A stretch of 64,000 nt of DNA from the NCBI GenBank assembly GCA_964016885.1, contig OZ024740.1, positions 82,584,001 through 82,648,000 on the forward strand, in the 5' to 3' direction. The notes beneath the pieces were generated by a model. That model saw only the letters and a program-made list of their open reading frames with translations, had not been told where the DNA came from and searched no databases. The DNA comes from Eledone cirrhosa (lineage: Eukaryota). The number at the start of each line of letters is the position of its first letter. The stretch's first letter is position 1. Of this stretch, positions 1 through 12,545 are shown piece by piece. Made by a program: the position numbers and the translations under genes.

Positions 1-276
1 GTGACGTAGGATAGATGTTAATTGAGACTTGGTAGAGACTGTTTTTGATTTTATTGATATATTCAATTTACGGGCTGTTTTGAAAACATTTCAGTAGCAA
101 TAATTCGGGGCAGCACTTAGACCTAGGAACAGCTTGAACACTTCTATAATGAGTCATAGAAGTCCAAAAATGTCATGGACATACACACACACACCTACCC
201 ACAGGCACACACACGTGCACACACATAAAACACGTATATATTAATTTATATATACATATATATATATAAATACATA

Positions 277-343
<67 letters not shown>

Positions 344-385
344 CAACAAGGACTAATGGTTTCTTCTTAATTACGTTTATTGGTT

Positions 386-470
386 GGTGACGCGCGTTTC
401 ACTATTGATCAGCTCAGAGTTCGAACGGTATTGATCTAGCCCGGCTCTGTAATCAATGGCTCGTCGGACC
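386..470 (-). ncRNA. Type I hammerhead ribozyme, PLE-type, with U4->C core substitution
   Basis: Minus strand reads GGT-CCGACGA-[GCCATTGATTA...TGATCAATAGT long stem II]-GAAA-CGCGCG-TC-ACC, then AATAAA. Stem III is palindromic (ACGCGCGT) with a GUC cleavage triplet. Confidence 0.7.
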
Positions 471-544
471 TCTGTGGTAGTAATGACAGAATGAATATAC
501 ATGGCGTACGAAAAGGTCTAACGTTCCTATGTACACTCCTTGGA

Positions 545-772
545 TATATATATAAAGGATCGATCGACTTTCGTCAAATCGGACCGAGGGAACAATGTTT
601 CCGTTGGTCTTTCCAGTTGCTAATACTATCTATCGGTCGCAACTCCGGGTAGAAGGAGCAACGTGAAATAAAGTGTCTTGCTCAAGGACATAACGCATCG
701 CCCGGTCAGGAATCGAACTCACAACCTCAACATTGTGAATCCAATTCTCTAACCACTCAGCTACACGCCTCC
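545..772 (-). mobile_element. tRNA-derived SINE (family A)
   Basis: Minus strand has A-box-like TAGCTGAGTGG and B-box GAGTTCGATTCC, followed by TGTCCTTGAGCAAGACACTTTA. Similar copies lie at 12393 and 48230. Confidence 0.75.
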
Positions 773-964
773 ACACACACATATATATATAATGTATATA
801 TATATATTGTTATAGTTTGGGAGGGTCATGTTGACAATAAGAAACACACGCACCACATGCTTTCACTTCCATTTATTATAATACATTTATAAATTATAAA
901 TTTAGGAATTTATAAATTTCTGGTTGGTTGGTTGGTTCCACAACCAGATAGTTGTTTATATATT

Positions 965-1007
965 GTCAAAGTTCTTTCGTCACACATTCTCTGACCTCTT
1001 CAGTGAC
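965..1007 (-). ncRNA. Type I hammerhead ribozyme motif (left arm)
   Basis: GTCA-CTGAAGA-GGTCAgagaatgtgTGAC-GAAA-GAAC-TT-TGAC. Stem I is GTCA/TGAC and stem II is one base out of register. Confidence 0.65.
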
Positions 1008-1303
1008 TGGGGATTCTTTTCTTGGTTTGTGTGCCTCTCCTTTGTTCTGTCCTACGCCAGTTTGTTTCTGTGTGTGTGTTGTGTGCTCAGTCTGCGCATG
1101 CGCCACATCCGGGTGTCTGTGTGTGTTTATATTTCTTTATTTATTTGTTTATTTACATGTTACCGGTTGGTTGTTTGTTCTATGTGTGTGTGTGTTTTCA
1201 TTGTGTCCTTAATGGCGCAGACTGAGCACACAACACACACACAGAAACAAAGTGGCTTAGGACAGAATAAAGGAGAGGCACAAAACAAAGAAAATAATCC
1301 CCA

Positions 1304-1346
1304 GTCACTGAAGAGGTCACATAATGTGTGCCGAAAGAACTTTGAC
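1304..1346 (+). ncRNA. Type I hammerhead ribozyme motif (right arm)
   Basis: GTCA-CTGAAGA-GGTCACATAATGTGTGCC-GAAA-GAAC-TT-TGAC; imperfect stem II. Confidence 0.65.
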
Positions 1347-1560
1347 AATATATAAACAACTATCTGGTGGTGGAACCAACCAACCAACCAGAAATTTATA
1401 AATTCCTAAATTTATAATTTATAAATTTATTATAATAAATTGAAGTGAAAGCATTGGTGCGTGTGTTTCTTATTGGCAGCATGACCCTCCCAAAGTATAA
1501 CAATATCGGTTTCAACACACGATTTCAGATAAAGAATCCTGCTAAACAAATTCAGAAACG

Positions 1561-1609
<49 letters not shown>

Positions 1610-1620
1610 GAGTATGTATA

Positions 1621-3091
1621 TACAAGTTAATATAAATTAATATATTTGATAAACACAAATAACAACATATCCGTCTTTGTATTGTAAAAGACTAAGTTAG
1701 CTAGATTGAAAAATACTAATTATAATAATACAGTTTGCCTGTCTCGATTTAAAATAATAAATCAATAAAAAGAAAGCATATTGGCAAATGGCCGTGGTGC
1801 CTGGACAAATTTAAATTTCAAAATCAAACCTGTTCCGTAGACAGGTTTAAACCTTAAAATCCAAATAAGTTTCGAAAAATGAAAAAGTGAAAAAATACCG
1901 CATTTCTATCTCCTCAGCAAGCACCAGACAAATTGGTATGCTTCACTACAAAATATTTAAAAAGACTGTTTAACGCACATGGTTTTTCACACATGGTTAT
2001 CCAGTGTCTAGCTTCCGCATACTCGTGCTGCTAGAAATAACAGCCGTTTATATGGGGCTAAATTTAGCTCTACGTAAGGAGCAGTGTTACTATTAATAAT
2101 GAGTTCAAAACTCAGGCACTCCTTTACAATGAAATAGCTCAAAGAAAGAAGTATTTCTGAGCCGTGTAATACAAGTTAATATAGCTCAAAGAAATAAGTA
2201 TTTCTGAGCCGTGTAATACAAGTTAATATAAATTAATATATGTGATAAACACAAATACCAACATATCGGTGTTTGTATTGTAAAAGACTAAGTTAGCTAG
2301 ATTGAAAAATACTAATTATTATAATACATTTTGCCTGTCTCGATTTTAAATAATAAATCAATAAAAACAAAGCATATTGGCAAATGGCCGTGGTGCCTGG
2401 ACAAATTTAAATTTCAAAATCAAACCTGTTCCGTAGACAGGTTTAAACCTTAAAATCCAAATAAGTTTCGAAAAATGAAAAAGTGAAAAAATACCGCATT
2501 TCTATCTCCTCAGCAAGCACCAGACAAATTGGTATGCTTCACTACAAAATATTTAAAAAGACTGTTTAACGCACATGGTTTTTCACACATGGTTATCCAG
2601 TGTCTAGCTTCCGCATACTCGTGCTGCTAGAAATAACAGCCGTTTATATGGGGCTAAATTTAGCTCTACGTAAGGAGCAGTGATACTATTAATAATGAGT
2701 TCAAAACTCAGGCAGTCATTTACAATGAAATAGCTCAAAGAAAGAAGTATTTCTGAGCCGTGTAATACATGTTGGTATTTGTGTTTATCAAATATATTAA
2801 TTTATATTAAGTTGTATTACACGGCTCAGAAATACTTCTTTCATTGAGCTATTTCATTGTAAAGGAGTGCCTGAGTTTTGAACTCATTATTAATAGTATC
2901 ACTGCTCCTTACGTAGAGCTAAATTTAGCCCCACATAAACGGCTGTTATTTCTAGCAGCACGAGTATGCGGAAGCTAGACACTGGATAACCATGTGTGAA
3001 AAACCATGTGCGTTAAACAGTCTTTTTAAATATTTTGAAGTGAAACATACCAATTTTTCTGGTGCTTGCTGAGGAGATAGAAATGCGGTAT
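1621..3091. repeat. Near-identical tandem duplication (period 596 bp) followed by an inverted partial copy (2768-3091)
   Basis: 1621-2180 matches 2217-2770, with an extra ~45-bp duplication at the junction. 2768-3091 is the reverse complement of a unit end/start junction. Confidence 0.9.
1845..1922 (-). ncRNA. Imperfect type I hammerhead motif (identical copy at 2441-2518; truncated plus-strand copy from 3064)
   Basis: GCTTG-CTGAGGA-GATAGAAATG...CATTTTTC-GAAA-CTTA...TAAGG-TT-TAAAC. One bulge in stem III and one mismatch in stem I. Confidence 0.45.
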
Positions 3092-3464
3092 GTCAATACA
3101 TATCTGTATGCTACTATGCATGAAGCTAAATCCTAATTCTATTCTACACTCACACACACACACACCTAGTAGTCTACAAAATAGTGTATATATATAATTT
3201 AATATCATTTTTTCTTCTTGTAACTGCAAATCAGCATTCATTTACGATACATATTAATCCATTGAAATGTTTACTGAATGTTGTTATTTATGACATTTCT
3301 GTTAGCCTCCACTAGCGGAGACATTTATTGTTTAGTTTCAGTTTCTGTTTCGTTGTAAGTGTCATAACACATACTCTTCAGGTTTTTAAATTGAGAACTA
3401 TATAATTAATAGTATAGCTTGTATATCATTATCTCAATGAAATTACTCTTTTACGTTCGAATAA

Positions 3465-3660
3465 TATATTTGTTTCTACATTTGGTACAGGTCCAGCAAT
3501 TATCTCAGTGCATTACTGGTACTTTATTTTATTGATCCCGTAAGGATGAAAGGCAAAGTTTTTCTCGGTGGGATTTGAACTCAAATCATAAAGGGACACA
3601 ACTCAATGCTGGCGTCCGACCCTCTACCGATACTCCCAATCCACTGCCCTACCTATTCCA
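3465..3660 (-). mobile_element. tRNA-derived SINE (family B)
   Basis: B-box GAGTTCAAATCC and a CTTTCATCCTTACGGG core; reverse complement of the 22861 copy. Confidence 0.8.
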
Positions 3661-6600
3661 ATAATATAATATCTGATAGACATATCTAAAAAGGCTTCGT
3701 TTGTTTTGTGTAAATATTACATACACTTATAACACAATATAAACACTAATATTCCATAAACAGTGTGTTATTTCCTCGATCCCGTGACAGCTGTTATTAT
3801 GCTTTACATCATATACTGAGAAGTTGAACGAGAGGGAAGAGAAATAAAAAAACCTATAAAGAGAATTAACACATGGAGCATAATTTCTGATCTACTTCGT
3901 GAAATCAGAGAGGTGAAAAACATCTGAATTGTAAATATACGTGTGTGCACGTGTTGAAACACACGCAGATGTACTTAGACACACACACACAAAATCCGCT
4001 TACAATGTTTGTTCGAAATTACACTTTCATTTCGCCCTTTGCAGGTTGATCAATAAATTAAACATATACGATCATATATATTTCCTTTGACATTTTATTT
4101 TCCATCTTCTAGATTGCTACTGTATTTAATAATATATTTGTAGTGTTGGTGTATAAGTAATATTAAGATGCGCTGAATACTATAGAGCCATATTGTACGC
4201 ATTTATTAGTTTGTATTAATATATTATTATATTTGTATTTAATTACATACTACTACCCACACTTTCAAACATATACATCGACATTCACCTCTAATAAACA
4301 TTTTAGACACTATTATATAATATTCTAACATTTCATTCATTTCAGTAATTTCTGCCAGGACGCCAATAAGGGTCTGAGTCGATATTATTGATCACTAATA
4401 TATTTTCACTCATGTTAGCGGTCGCTGTATATGGGATATCTCGGGTAAGCTTTGGAAAATTATAACACATCAGCAGTAAAACAATAACATAGACTCAGAC
4501 GACATATATGAAGATACAGACACACACACACAAGATTGTTTATGAATGGTTGATATTGATATGGAGTATGTGATACTTGTCGTGCCGTAAACTGGAACTC
4601 GAGTTCACCTGTAGCCGAAGCCAATCTTTATTAACTTTTGGGCTTCTATTAAAGTTTTTATTAACTTCATTGCATATAGTTTCTTAAGCGCATCGACATA
4701 GGATTTGATCTAAAATTGCAACATGTGTCTGTAAAATAATGTCCTGTTGCCACGAGAACAGAGGCAACAATGAAACGTATACTACTAGATTTATAATCCC
4801 CGAGAACAAAAATCTACACGTCCATATCAGGGACGTCAATGTTTCATGCCATCTGAATCTGATTCGATCAAGCACAAAACAATAGCTATGTTTGTAACTA
4901 ATAATAATTTCATTTATTGGCCACAAGGGCCGAATGTTTGTAACTAATAATGATAAGTATTTGATATAATCTTCTCTAAATTTCCACATTAATTTGACAC
5001 TTTTTATATGGTTTATTAATATTAAAGTTTTAATACTATGGTGGACAGTTAGAATTTGAATATTATGTTGTTTATTCAGTTGCGTCCATAATAATGAGTG
5101 TAAATTCTGCCACGGACAACTACCACATATGCACTTGAATTCTCTACACTTTGTATTTTTCATTACGGACCATTGTGCTCATACTATAACTAATATCTGA
5201 ATACTAATTTTTAAATTTATGCTTCAATATTCTAATGATTATAAAGGCATATAAGCATCCACGCTCATCTTGTTCTTATAGCAACCGGATTAATAAAATA
5301 TTGCATAAGATACGTTTGTCGAATCCATAGGCAGAATATATTTTAGAAAAGTCATGAGAATAATAACACTGGTGTAATATTTCCTTTTTATATCTTAGAT
5401 TAACTAGTAAAATGTATTACTAATTTCACATATATATGTTACTAGCTTAGTTAATTATTTGTTCTGTCATCGATATTTATTATGCTTATTCCGGGTCAAC
5501 GAAGCTTGAAATTATCGGCAATACCTATTGTCAAAACAATTCAAGCCATATTGTTAATTTCTCTTTGTATTTCTAATATTACGACCATAGCGCGTTCCTT
5601 AATGTATTCTCACCAATTTCCGGCATTAGAGAGTGCTGTTAGAAACGTTCATTGGAATTTGAGTACTTTTACTGACAAGGCAGTATTTTAGCATTAACTC
5701 TCCTGAAGAATGGTAATTTGTTTACTAAATTATTTCACATTCTTTTTATCCTAGAATTACCCATTCAGTACTTGAACACATATTCATTAGTTAGTCACGT
5801 TATTCACAAATAATTTTTCAGTTTAAAAAGTTGTTGAAACTGCCCCAACGTCAAAGATTGATTAAATGAGTACTATATTATTCATGGTGTCTGAATATAA
5901 AGTCTTATGCACACATGAATGAATAATAATATAATTGTTTCTACTTTTGGCACAAGGCCAGCAATTATTCCAGTGCATTACTGGTAATGAATAATAATAT
6001 AATGATCATATATAATGTAAATGTACGTAACACATTTAGGTATTAAGTATTGCCTCTATTTCTGCAATTTTCTATTCTACAAATATATTTCAATTAATGC
6101 AGCGGAGTATGAAATTACTTAACATGAACCTGTGTAATATGATGTAAGAATTCACAGAAGCTTATTATTTACGTAATATGTAAGTGGAGTTCACGTAATA
6201 AACGCACGCAAGACATCTCTTATCATAGTAAACAGCAAGCATGAGCTTACTACCAACGGCTTCATAATGACTGATTGAGAATTACGTTCTGAATGTCAGA
6301 CTGGTGCAATATAACATCATTGGCAGCAAAACATAACGAATACTGCCTTCAAACGTAAATTAGAGCGCCAAATACTGTAAATAAAAGCCATTTCAGAACG
6401 AAACACAATAGCTGTTTACATCCTATATCATATCTGATTGTCTCCCTGAGGAAAAAAACGAAAATACTTCAAAATTAGAACATTTGTATTTTAGATATCA
6501 GGCAACTTGATCAAAATCTTATTCAAGGGAAATTCTATAACGAAATTCAATAACACTTACACAGACATACATATGAGTACTTTTGTTTCTACCACAGAAT

Positions 6601-6904
6601 AAAATTGCAATAGGAATATGAGTACAGATAATTTTGCTCTTTGGAAATATATTCGCCATAATCAGACAGTGCTAAACAAAGTATCAATGGCATCTAATTT
6701 TGGCACAAGACCAGAATTTTGGGGAATTGGGAAACAGACGTAATCGACTCCAGTATTTGTCTGGTTTGTCATTTTATGGAGCCAGGACAAATAAATGTTA
6801 AAGGTATACCCGGCTTTAATTAAAATAGAATGTAGAATATCGTAAGTAAATATCTCAAAACTTTTAATCTGACGCGTGAGAGAAAACATAATCATTTATG
6901 GTAT

Positions 6905-8500
6905 ATGATTGTATAAAGTATATTATTAGTGAGAGGCTGGCATCGTCAAATTCAATAAGCATGCATATGGACAGATAATAATTTTACCTGGGTTTGAGAG
7001 TATTGCATAGAATCACTTGTCTATGATAAAAGGGATGTTGCTAAGTTTGTGTGATGAATGAGATGTAAAAATGACGTAGTGTTGGGAATTAGTAGGTTTG
7101 ATATGTATGTCAGTTGCTAATGTTTATTTTATTTTTGTTAGTAGGATATCTAAAAAGGGATGTTTTGTATTCCGGTTTATTCTCTTCTTTATTGGTGAGG
7201 GTTTGAGAATTGTTTAGTTGGTCAAAATTCTCCTTAAAATATATGAAGCTTTCGTCTACGTACCTCTTACAGCTTTCTTTTATGAAGTTACCGAAATTCT
7301 TCCTATCAACTATATTGTTTTTCTTCTGTAAATGTGTAATTCATGTTATCCCATGTGTAGGTTGTCATATGCTGGTGCACCTTTTGTCCCCATGGCTGTT
7401 CCTGATTTCTGTCGGTAATAATATGAAATAATTCTTATTTTTTATGAATTCAAGTCCGTCTATGATTAAATTCTTATTGAAACAGTCTGGTAGTTCATAA
7501 GGGAATGAATCTAGTCATTATTTGAAGGCTTCGATTCTCTAATCGTGTGGAATGTTACTGTATAGGCTCACAACATCTAATGAGATAATGTAAATGTTTT
7601 GGCTTACATAACCTGGTAGATGGGTGAGAAAATCTGCCGAGGTCCTAAATGTCATCTTTAATTTCAGCTATATTTGGTTTTGTGTGAGTGAGTGAAAATT
7701 TGTATCCTTACCTAGTATTAATATTTGTTTACGTGTGAGAGATTGATTATCTCGGTTTTACATGACTGTGGTCCATCCCGTATCCCAGTATTTCTGGGCC
7801 CTCGCTAAAAAATGGTTGCTGTGATAGTGCTTCTCTCCATTGTTCCTACTGTCAAATCTTTATGTTGTATTTTTGCAATTATCGTGTATATCAATATTGT
7901 ACTTATTATTCTATTCACTGTATCTGTTCCTCATGTGTTGATTTGGTTCAGTCTGAAATTATTTCTATAATTCCGAGTGTTGGGGTCTATCCCCTCTGAT
8001 ATTTCGATTTCTTTTTGTTGTCCTGTCATATATATTTATTGGTGGAGATTACGTTTTAGATTATTCTAATTACCTGTTGAATTATTTAAGTACATCTGAC
8101 TTGAAAGTCCTTTTATGTGTTCAACGGGGAATGGTTGTCTTACTAATTCATTTGTTTACTTTTGTCAAAGTTTCTGACTGGGTTTAGTCCATATTCGAAT
8201 TGTATTTGTTGATATGATGGATACAGGTGTAGTTCTCTGAGGATGACTTTTTCTGAGTTGTAGTAAATTGTTCTTCCTATTGTAAATACCAGTTTTTTGT
8301 ATTCTCCCTACTTTATAATGAGATTAGTTCCACGTTCTCATAGTCTGCTTTTCATTGTTTATGAATATTATCTCACTGTCCACCATTGTATTTCCATTTG
8401 CTTACCTATGTCCTTGTATTTTTGTTCATTTGAGTTTGCTCTTAATTTCATTAATTTGACTTCATTTCGTATTCTTTCGAGAGATAATTTTTGATGTAGT
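6905..8500 (-). mobile_element. Degenerate Penelope-like element reverse transcriptase
   Basis: Minus-strand fragments encode LDVVSLYSNIPH (~7545-7580), GTAMG (~7390-7400), RYVDE (YxDD-like, ~7250-7265) and IPFLDI (~7145-7163). These are PLE RT motifs, broken by many frameshifts. Confidence 0.75.
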
Positions 8501-8736
8501 TGTATTTGTGGTTCTGCTAATAGCAATGGGATTGAGTTTATCCAGCGTTCGTAGATATTTGCTTTGTTGTTATTCTTTTATATATATATATATATTGAGT
8601 ATATGTTGGTTTTTATACCAACAACTCAGTATGCAGATTGGAACACTCGACGAAGTGCGCAGCTTGGCTTTGTTACTCAAGAGTAATGTAGAATAAAATA
8701 AATAAGTCAAATGTTTAAAATTTGGCTTCGTTTATT

Positions 8737-8791
8737 ACTGCTATATATATTTCGGTCACAGCCATCTTTGACTGTGACCTCTTCAGGCAGT
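8737..8791 (-). ncRNA. Intact minimal type I hammerhead ribozyme
   Basis: ACTGC-CTGAAGA-GGTCACAGTCA-aaga-TGGCTGTGACC-GAAA-TATATA-TA-GCAGT-AATAAA. 5-bp stem I, 11-bp stem II, palindromic stem III, AUA triplet. Confidence 0.9.
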
Positions 8792-11510
8792 CCGAATTAG
8801 TGTGGTAGAGACGAGTACACATGTTGTTGAGGTGTATAACTTTGTCAATACTCTGATATGCCCAGTTCCTGGTCGGGTTGTTATTTCACTGAGGAACTGG
8901 AATCATATGAATTTAAACAAACGAATTTCAGCGTCAAAGGGCCTCTTCTCCTCTCATTGGTCAGTTGTTAGAACATTCCTCAGTCAAAAGTCTATAGAAA
9001 TTCGTTCTGAGGCAAGCCAATCTGTAGTTGTTGTTCTTGTTATTGTTAGGTACATCTGACCTCTATTCTTATGTTGGTGGTGGTTTTGTTGTTGGAGTCA
9101 GCTCAAAAATAAAAAAGTGATAAAGTGGTAGAAGGAATAAGATAGTAAAGGAACAAAATAAAATAAAATGATTGGATAAATTGCGTGTGTGTGCGTGTGT
9201 GTGTGTTATAAAGATTTGTAAGGTCAAACTTCCCATTGGTCAGTTTTGAGAGCATTCCTCAGTCCAAAGTCTATAGAAATTCTTTCTAGGATGAGGCTCC
9301 CTGTTGTGTTTGTGTTTGCTATTGTTAAGTACATCTGACCTATACCCTTATTTTGGTAGTGTTGTTGGTGTTGTGGTCAGCTTATATCTAGCTGCTGCTG
9401 AGAATTTAGAAGTAGATGTGTGTGTGTTTCTTCATCCCTCCTGCGTGGTGGGGGTGGGTGGGTGTGGGGTGGGATTTACAATGTATATGAAGAAATACAA
9501 CGCAATAAAATGAAGAAAACAGAAAATAAATAATAAATAGAGAATAAATGAAAAATTAATGAAAAGGTAATGAAAGAGTACTGAAAAATGAATATGGAAA
9601 ATGAAAAATGAAGATGAAAAGTGAAAAATAAAAACGCAGTTTCAAATACAATAGGATAAAATGTGTGTGTGCTATAACTAATCTCAAGGTCAGAAATATG
9701 TTGGATAGAGTGGTAGGAGGAACATGATGGTAAAAGAATAAAACGAAATAGGATAATCAAATAAAATGTGTGTGTTATAAAAATGTTGGCCAAATTATAA
9801 AGGCTGTGTTAGAATCAATCTCTAGGCTATCATGGTGTCTGCTCAGCCTGGGTTGGTCCCTATGGCTTGAGGGAGTTCCCAACCTATGGTGTTGTTACTG
9901 CCCATATAGCTTGAGGGAGGTCTGGCGGAGAGGTGTCTACATGTTCTGGAGAAGTCCCTATAGCTTGAGGGGTGTTCACATCTTATTGTGTTGCTACTGT
10001 CCATATATCTTGAGTGTCTGCATGTCCCGAAAAAGTCGGTTTTGAGGTTTATCAGGCCGCTTGCACCACTTAGTATCTCGAGGGTCTCATTCATACTTAG
10101 TTTGCATATGCAATATCCCCCTTTATCGGGTGGTATATCCTAATTATGGACCAGGCCAGAGAGTACGTGGACCTGTCCAGCTTAAGCTTCCAGATCAGGT
10201 CGGAGAGAGCCGTACCTTTCCTTTTAGCCTCCTTATTGAAGGAATGACGCTGGTTATACCAGCGGTCTTTAAAGCTCGTTGATATGGCTCCTATGTAAAG
10301 GTGTTAGGAGTTGGGGATTTTAACCCTACAACCGTATACTAGGTTCTTCTTAAGGCATTCATTACCAAGGGGGCATGATTCGGGGTTTCTGCAGTTGCAG
10401 AGGGTGGTCGACTTCTGCGTGCCTAGATTCGGGTTCCCGTTAAGTGTTACATGGTGGTCTTCTCCCAGGCACGGTGGGGGGTCCCCGGGTCTGTTTGGGT
10501 TTCTTGGGTAGGCACTGGGTCCCCCTTCCCTCATTTCACATGGTTCTCCCGAGTGCTTGTATTGCCATCTTCTGGCTGTGTGTGGTCTCGGGCTCATGGT
10601 GCCTGTTTGTTTATGTTCTGCCTATATTGTTAGGGTTCGAGCCCCCTCCCCGGACAATGCAGGTGTGGGTGTCCGTTGGGCCATCCCCATCCTGGCATTT
10701 CGGACTATATGTCATATTCTGGCCATGTGCCGCCTTATTTAGACCTGCGTTGTAATATTCTTCGTTTTCATTTTATTGCCTTCTATTTCTTCATATACAT
10801 GGCAGAACCCCCATCCCCCATAACCACCACTACGACCACGGGAGATGGTGGCAGGAGGAATGAAGAAACACACACACATCTACTTCTAAATTGTCAGCAG
10901 CAGCAAGACAAGCTGAACATAACACCAACAACACTACCAAAATAAGGGTAGAGGTCAGATGTACTTAACAATAGCAAACACAAACACTACAGGGAGCCTC
11001 ACCCCAGAAAGAATTTCTATAGACTTTGGACTGAGGAATGCTCTCAAAACTGACCAATGGGAAGTTTGACCTTACAAATCTTTATAACATTGAGATGGGT
11101 ATAACACACACACACACACAATTTATTCAATCATTTTATTTTATTTTGTTCCTTTACTATCTTATTCCTTCTACCACTTTATCACTTTTTTCTTTTTGAG
11201 CTGACTCCAACAACAAAACCACTACCAACATAAGAATAGAGGTCAGATGTACCTAACAATAACAAGAACAACAACTACAGATTGGCTTACCTCAGAACGA
11301 ATTTCTATAGACTTTTGACTGAGGAATGTTCTAACAACTGACCAAAGAGAGGAGAAGAGTCCCTTTGACGCTGAAATTCGTTTGTTTAAATTCATATGAT
11401 TCCAGTTCCTCAGTGAAATAACAACCTAACCAGGAACTGGGCATATCTGAGTATTGACAAAGTTATACACCTCAACAACATGTGTACTCGTCTCTACCAC
11501 ACTAATTCGG

Positions 11511-11565
11511 ACTGCCTGAAGAGGTCACAGTCAAATATGGCTGTGACCGAAATATATATAGCAGT
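11511..11565 (+). ncRNA. Intact minimal type I hammerhead ribozyme
   Basis: ACTGC-CTGAAGA-GGTCACAGTCA-aata-TGGCTGTGACC-GAAA-TATATA-TA-GCAGT, immediately followed by AATAAA (11566-11571). Confidence 0.9.
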
Positions 11566-11606
11566 AATAAACGAAGCCAAATTTTAGACATTTAACTTAT
11601 TTATTT

Positions 11607-11698
<92 letters not shown>

Positions 11699-11749
11699 AT
11701 ATTTATACATATATATACATATATATACATATACATATATATACATATA

Positions 11750-12005
11750 TATTCTATTCTATTCTATGGCAGGTAAAATTCCCGAGATCCATGGACCAGT
11801 TCTCTCCAGCGGTCTCTGAACCTCATTATCGCTGCCATGTCCTGCGTCTCCAACAGACCAGTGTTCGTCCTTAGGGCATCAACATACGTTAACCTTGGTC
11901 TTCCTCTTCTAGTGTGCCCATGTAGGAGCTCCCAAAGGAGCACTGAGGGCAATGTCAACTCTGGATGTCGGTGAGCATGTCCAGCTAACCTCAGTCTCCT
12001 CTGTC
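11750..12005 (-). mobile_element. RTE-clade LINE 3' fragment
   Basis: RLRLAGH...[21 protein letters not shown]...DRWRELV, followed by an (ATAGA)n tail. Confidence 0.75.
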
Positions 12006-12009
12006 ACAC

Positions 12010-12058
<49 letters not shown>

Positions 12059-12071
12059 TATATACATATAC

Positions 12072-12133
<62 letters not shown>

Positions 12134-12195
12134 ATACATATACATATACATATATATATATACATATACATATACAAATATATATATATGTATAC

Positions 12196-12226
<31 letters not shown>

Positions 12227-12274
12227 CATATATACATACATATACATATACATACATATATACATATATAGATC

Positions 12275-12365
<91 letters not shown>

Positions 12366-12390
12366 ACGTGTGTGTGTGTGTGTTTGTGTG
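12006..12390. repeat. (TA)n/(TACA)n/(TG)n microsatellite block
   Basis: Directly visible; source of the spurious YIYIYI ORFs. Confidence 0.95.
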
Positions 12391-12392
12391 TG

Positions 12393-12545
12393 AAGGCACA
12401 TGACATAGAGGTTAGAACGCCGGACTTACAATTACAATATTGAGGTTGTCAGTTCGATTCTCGAACCGGGCTTTGCGTTTTATTCTTGAACAAAACACTT
12501 TATTTTACGTTGTTCCAGTTTACTCAGCTGTATATTTGAGTTTAC
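12393..12545 (+). mobile_element. tRNA-derived SINE (family A)
   Basis: B-box CAGTTCGATTCT and CTTGAACAAAACACTTTA core, similar to 545-772. Confidence 0.65.

Larger units (their letters stand above)
804..1560. mobile_element. Palindromic PLE 3'-end/pLTR element; inverted arms 804-1097 and 1215-1506
   Basis: Arms of ~290 bp are reverse complements, each with an HHR motif. The terminus TGACCCTCCCAAAGTATAAC is shared with the tail of the PLE at 51640-53190 and with 54500-54555. Flanked by (TA)n. Confidence 0.8.
8598..11612 (-). mobile_element. 5'-truncated Penelope-like element with inverted pLTR; arms ~8690-9520 and ~10757-11610
   Basis: The central minus-strand remnant encodes CNCRNPESCPLGNECLKKNLVYGCRVKIPNS*HLYIGAISTSFKDRWYNQRHSF (PLE GIY-YIG). 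Each ~830-bp arm carries an intact HHR and AATAAA. Bounded by (TA)n. Confidence 0.88.

Noticed and set aside
690-772. tRNA gene
   Set aside because: A/B boxes are present, but it is a SINE head without a full cloverleaf.
924-1387. Mirror-image ORFs MVGWFH...
   Set aside because: By-product of the inverted repeat; low complexity with no domain motif.
3330-3388. CTGAAGA-stem-GAAA on the minus strand
   Set aside because: Stem II is plausible, but U16.1 and stem I are missing; at best a relic.
4346-4444. Exon-like segment (TTTCAG...GG|GTAAGC)
   Set aside because: Stop codons in all three frames and no supporting neighbouring exons.
4684-5163. 159-aa ORF
   Set aside because: No recognisable motif; composition is typical of random AT-rich DNA.
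9845-10012. Short spaced repeats (CTTGAGGG...CCATATAG) superficially CRISPR-like
   Set aside because: Degenerate minisatellite in a PLE 3' UTR; no unique spacers or cas genes, and the context is eukaryotic.
11909-12443. Long YIYIYI/THTH/CVCV ORFs (also at 32621, 46738, 53338 and 61537)
   Set aside because: They are translations of (TA)n/(CA)n microsatellites.
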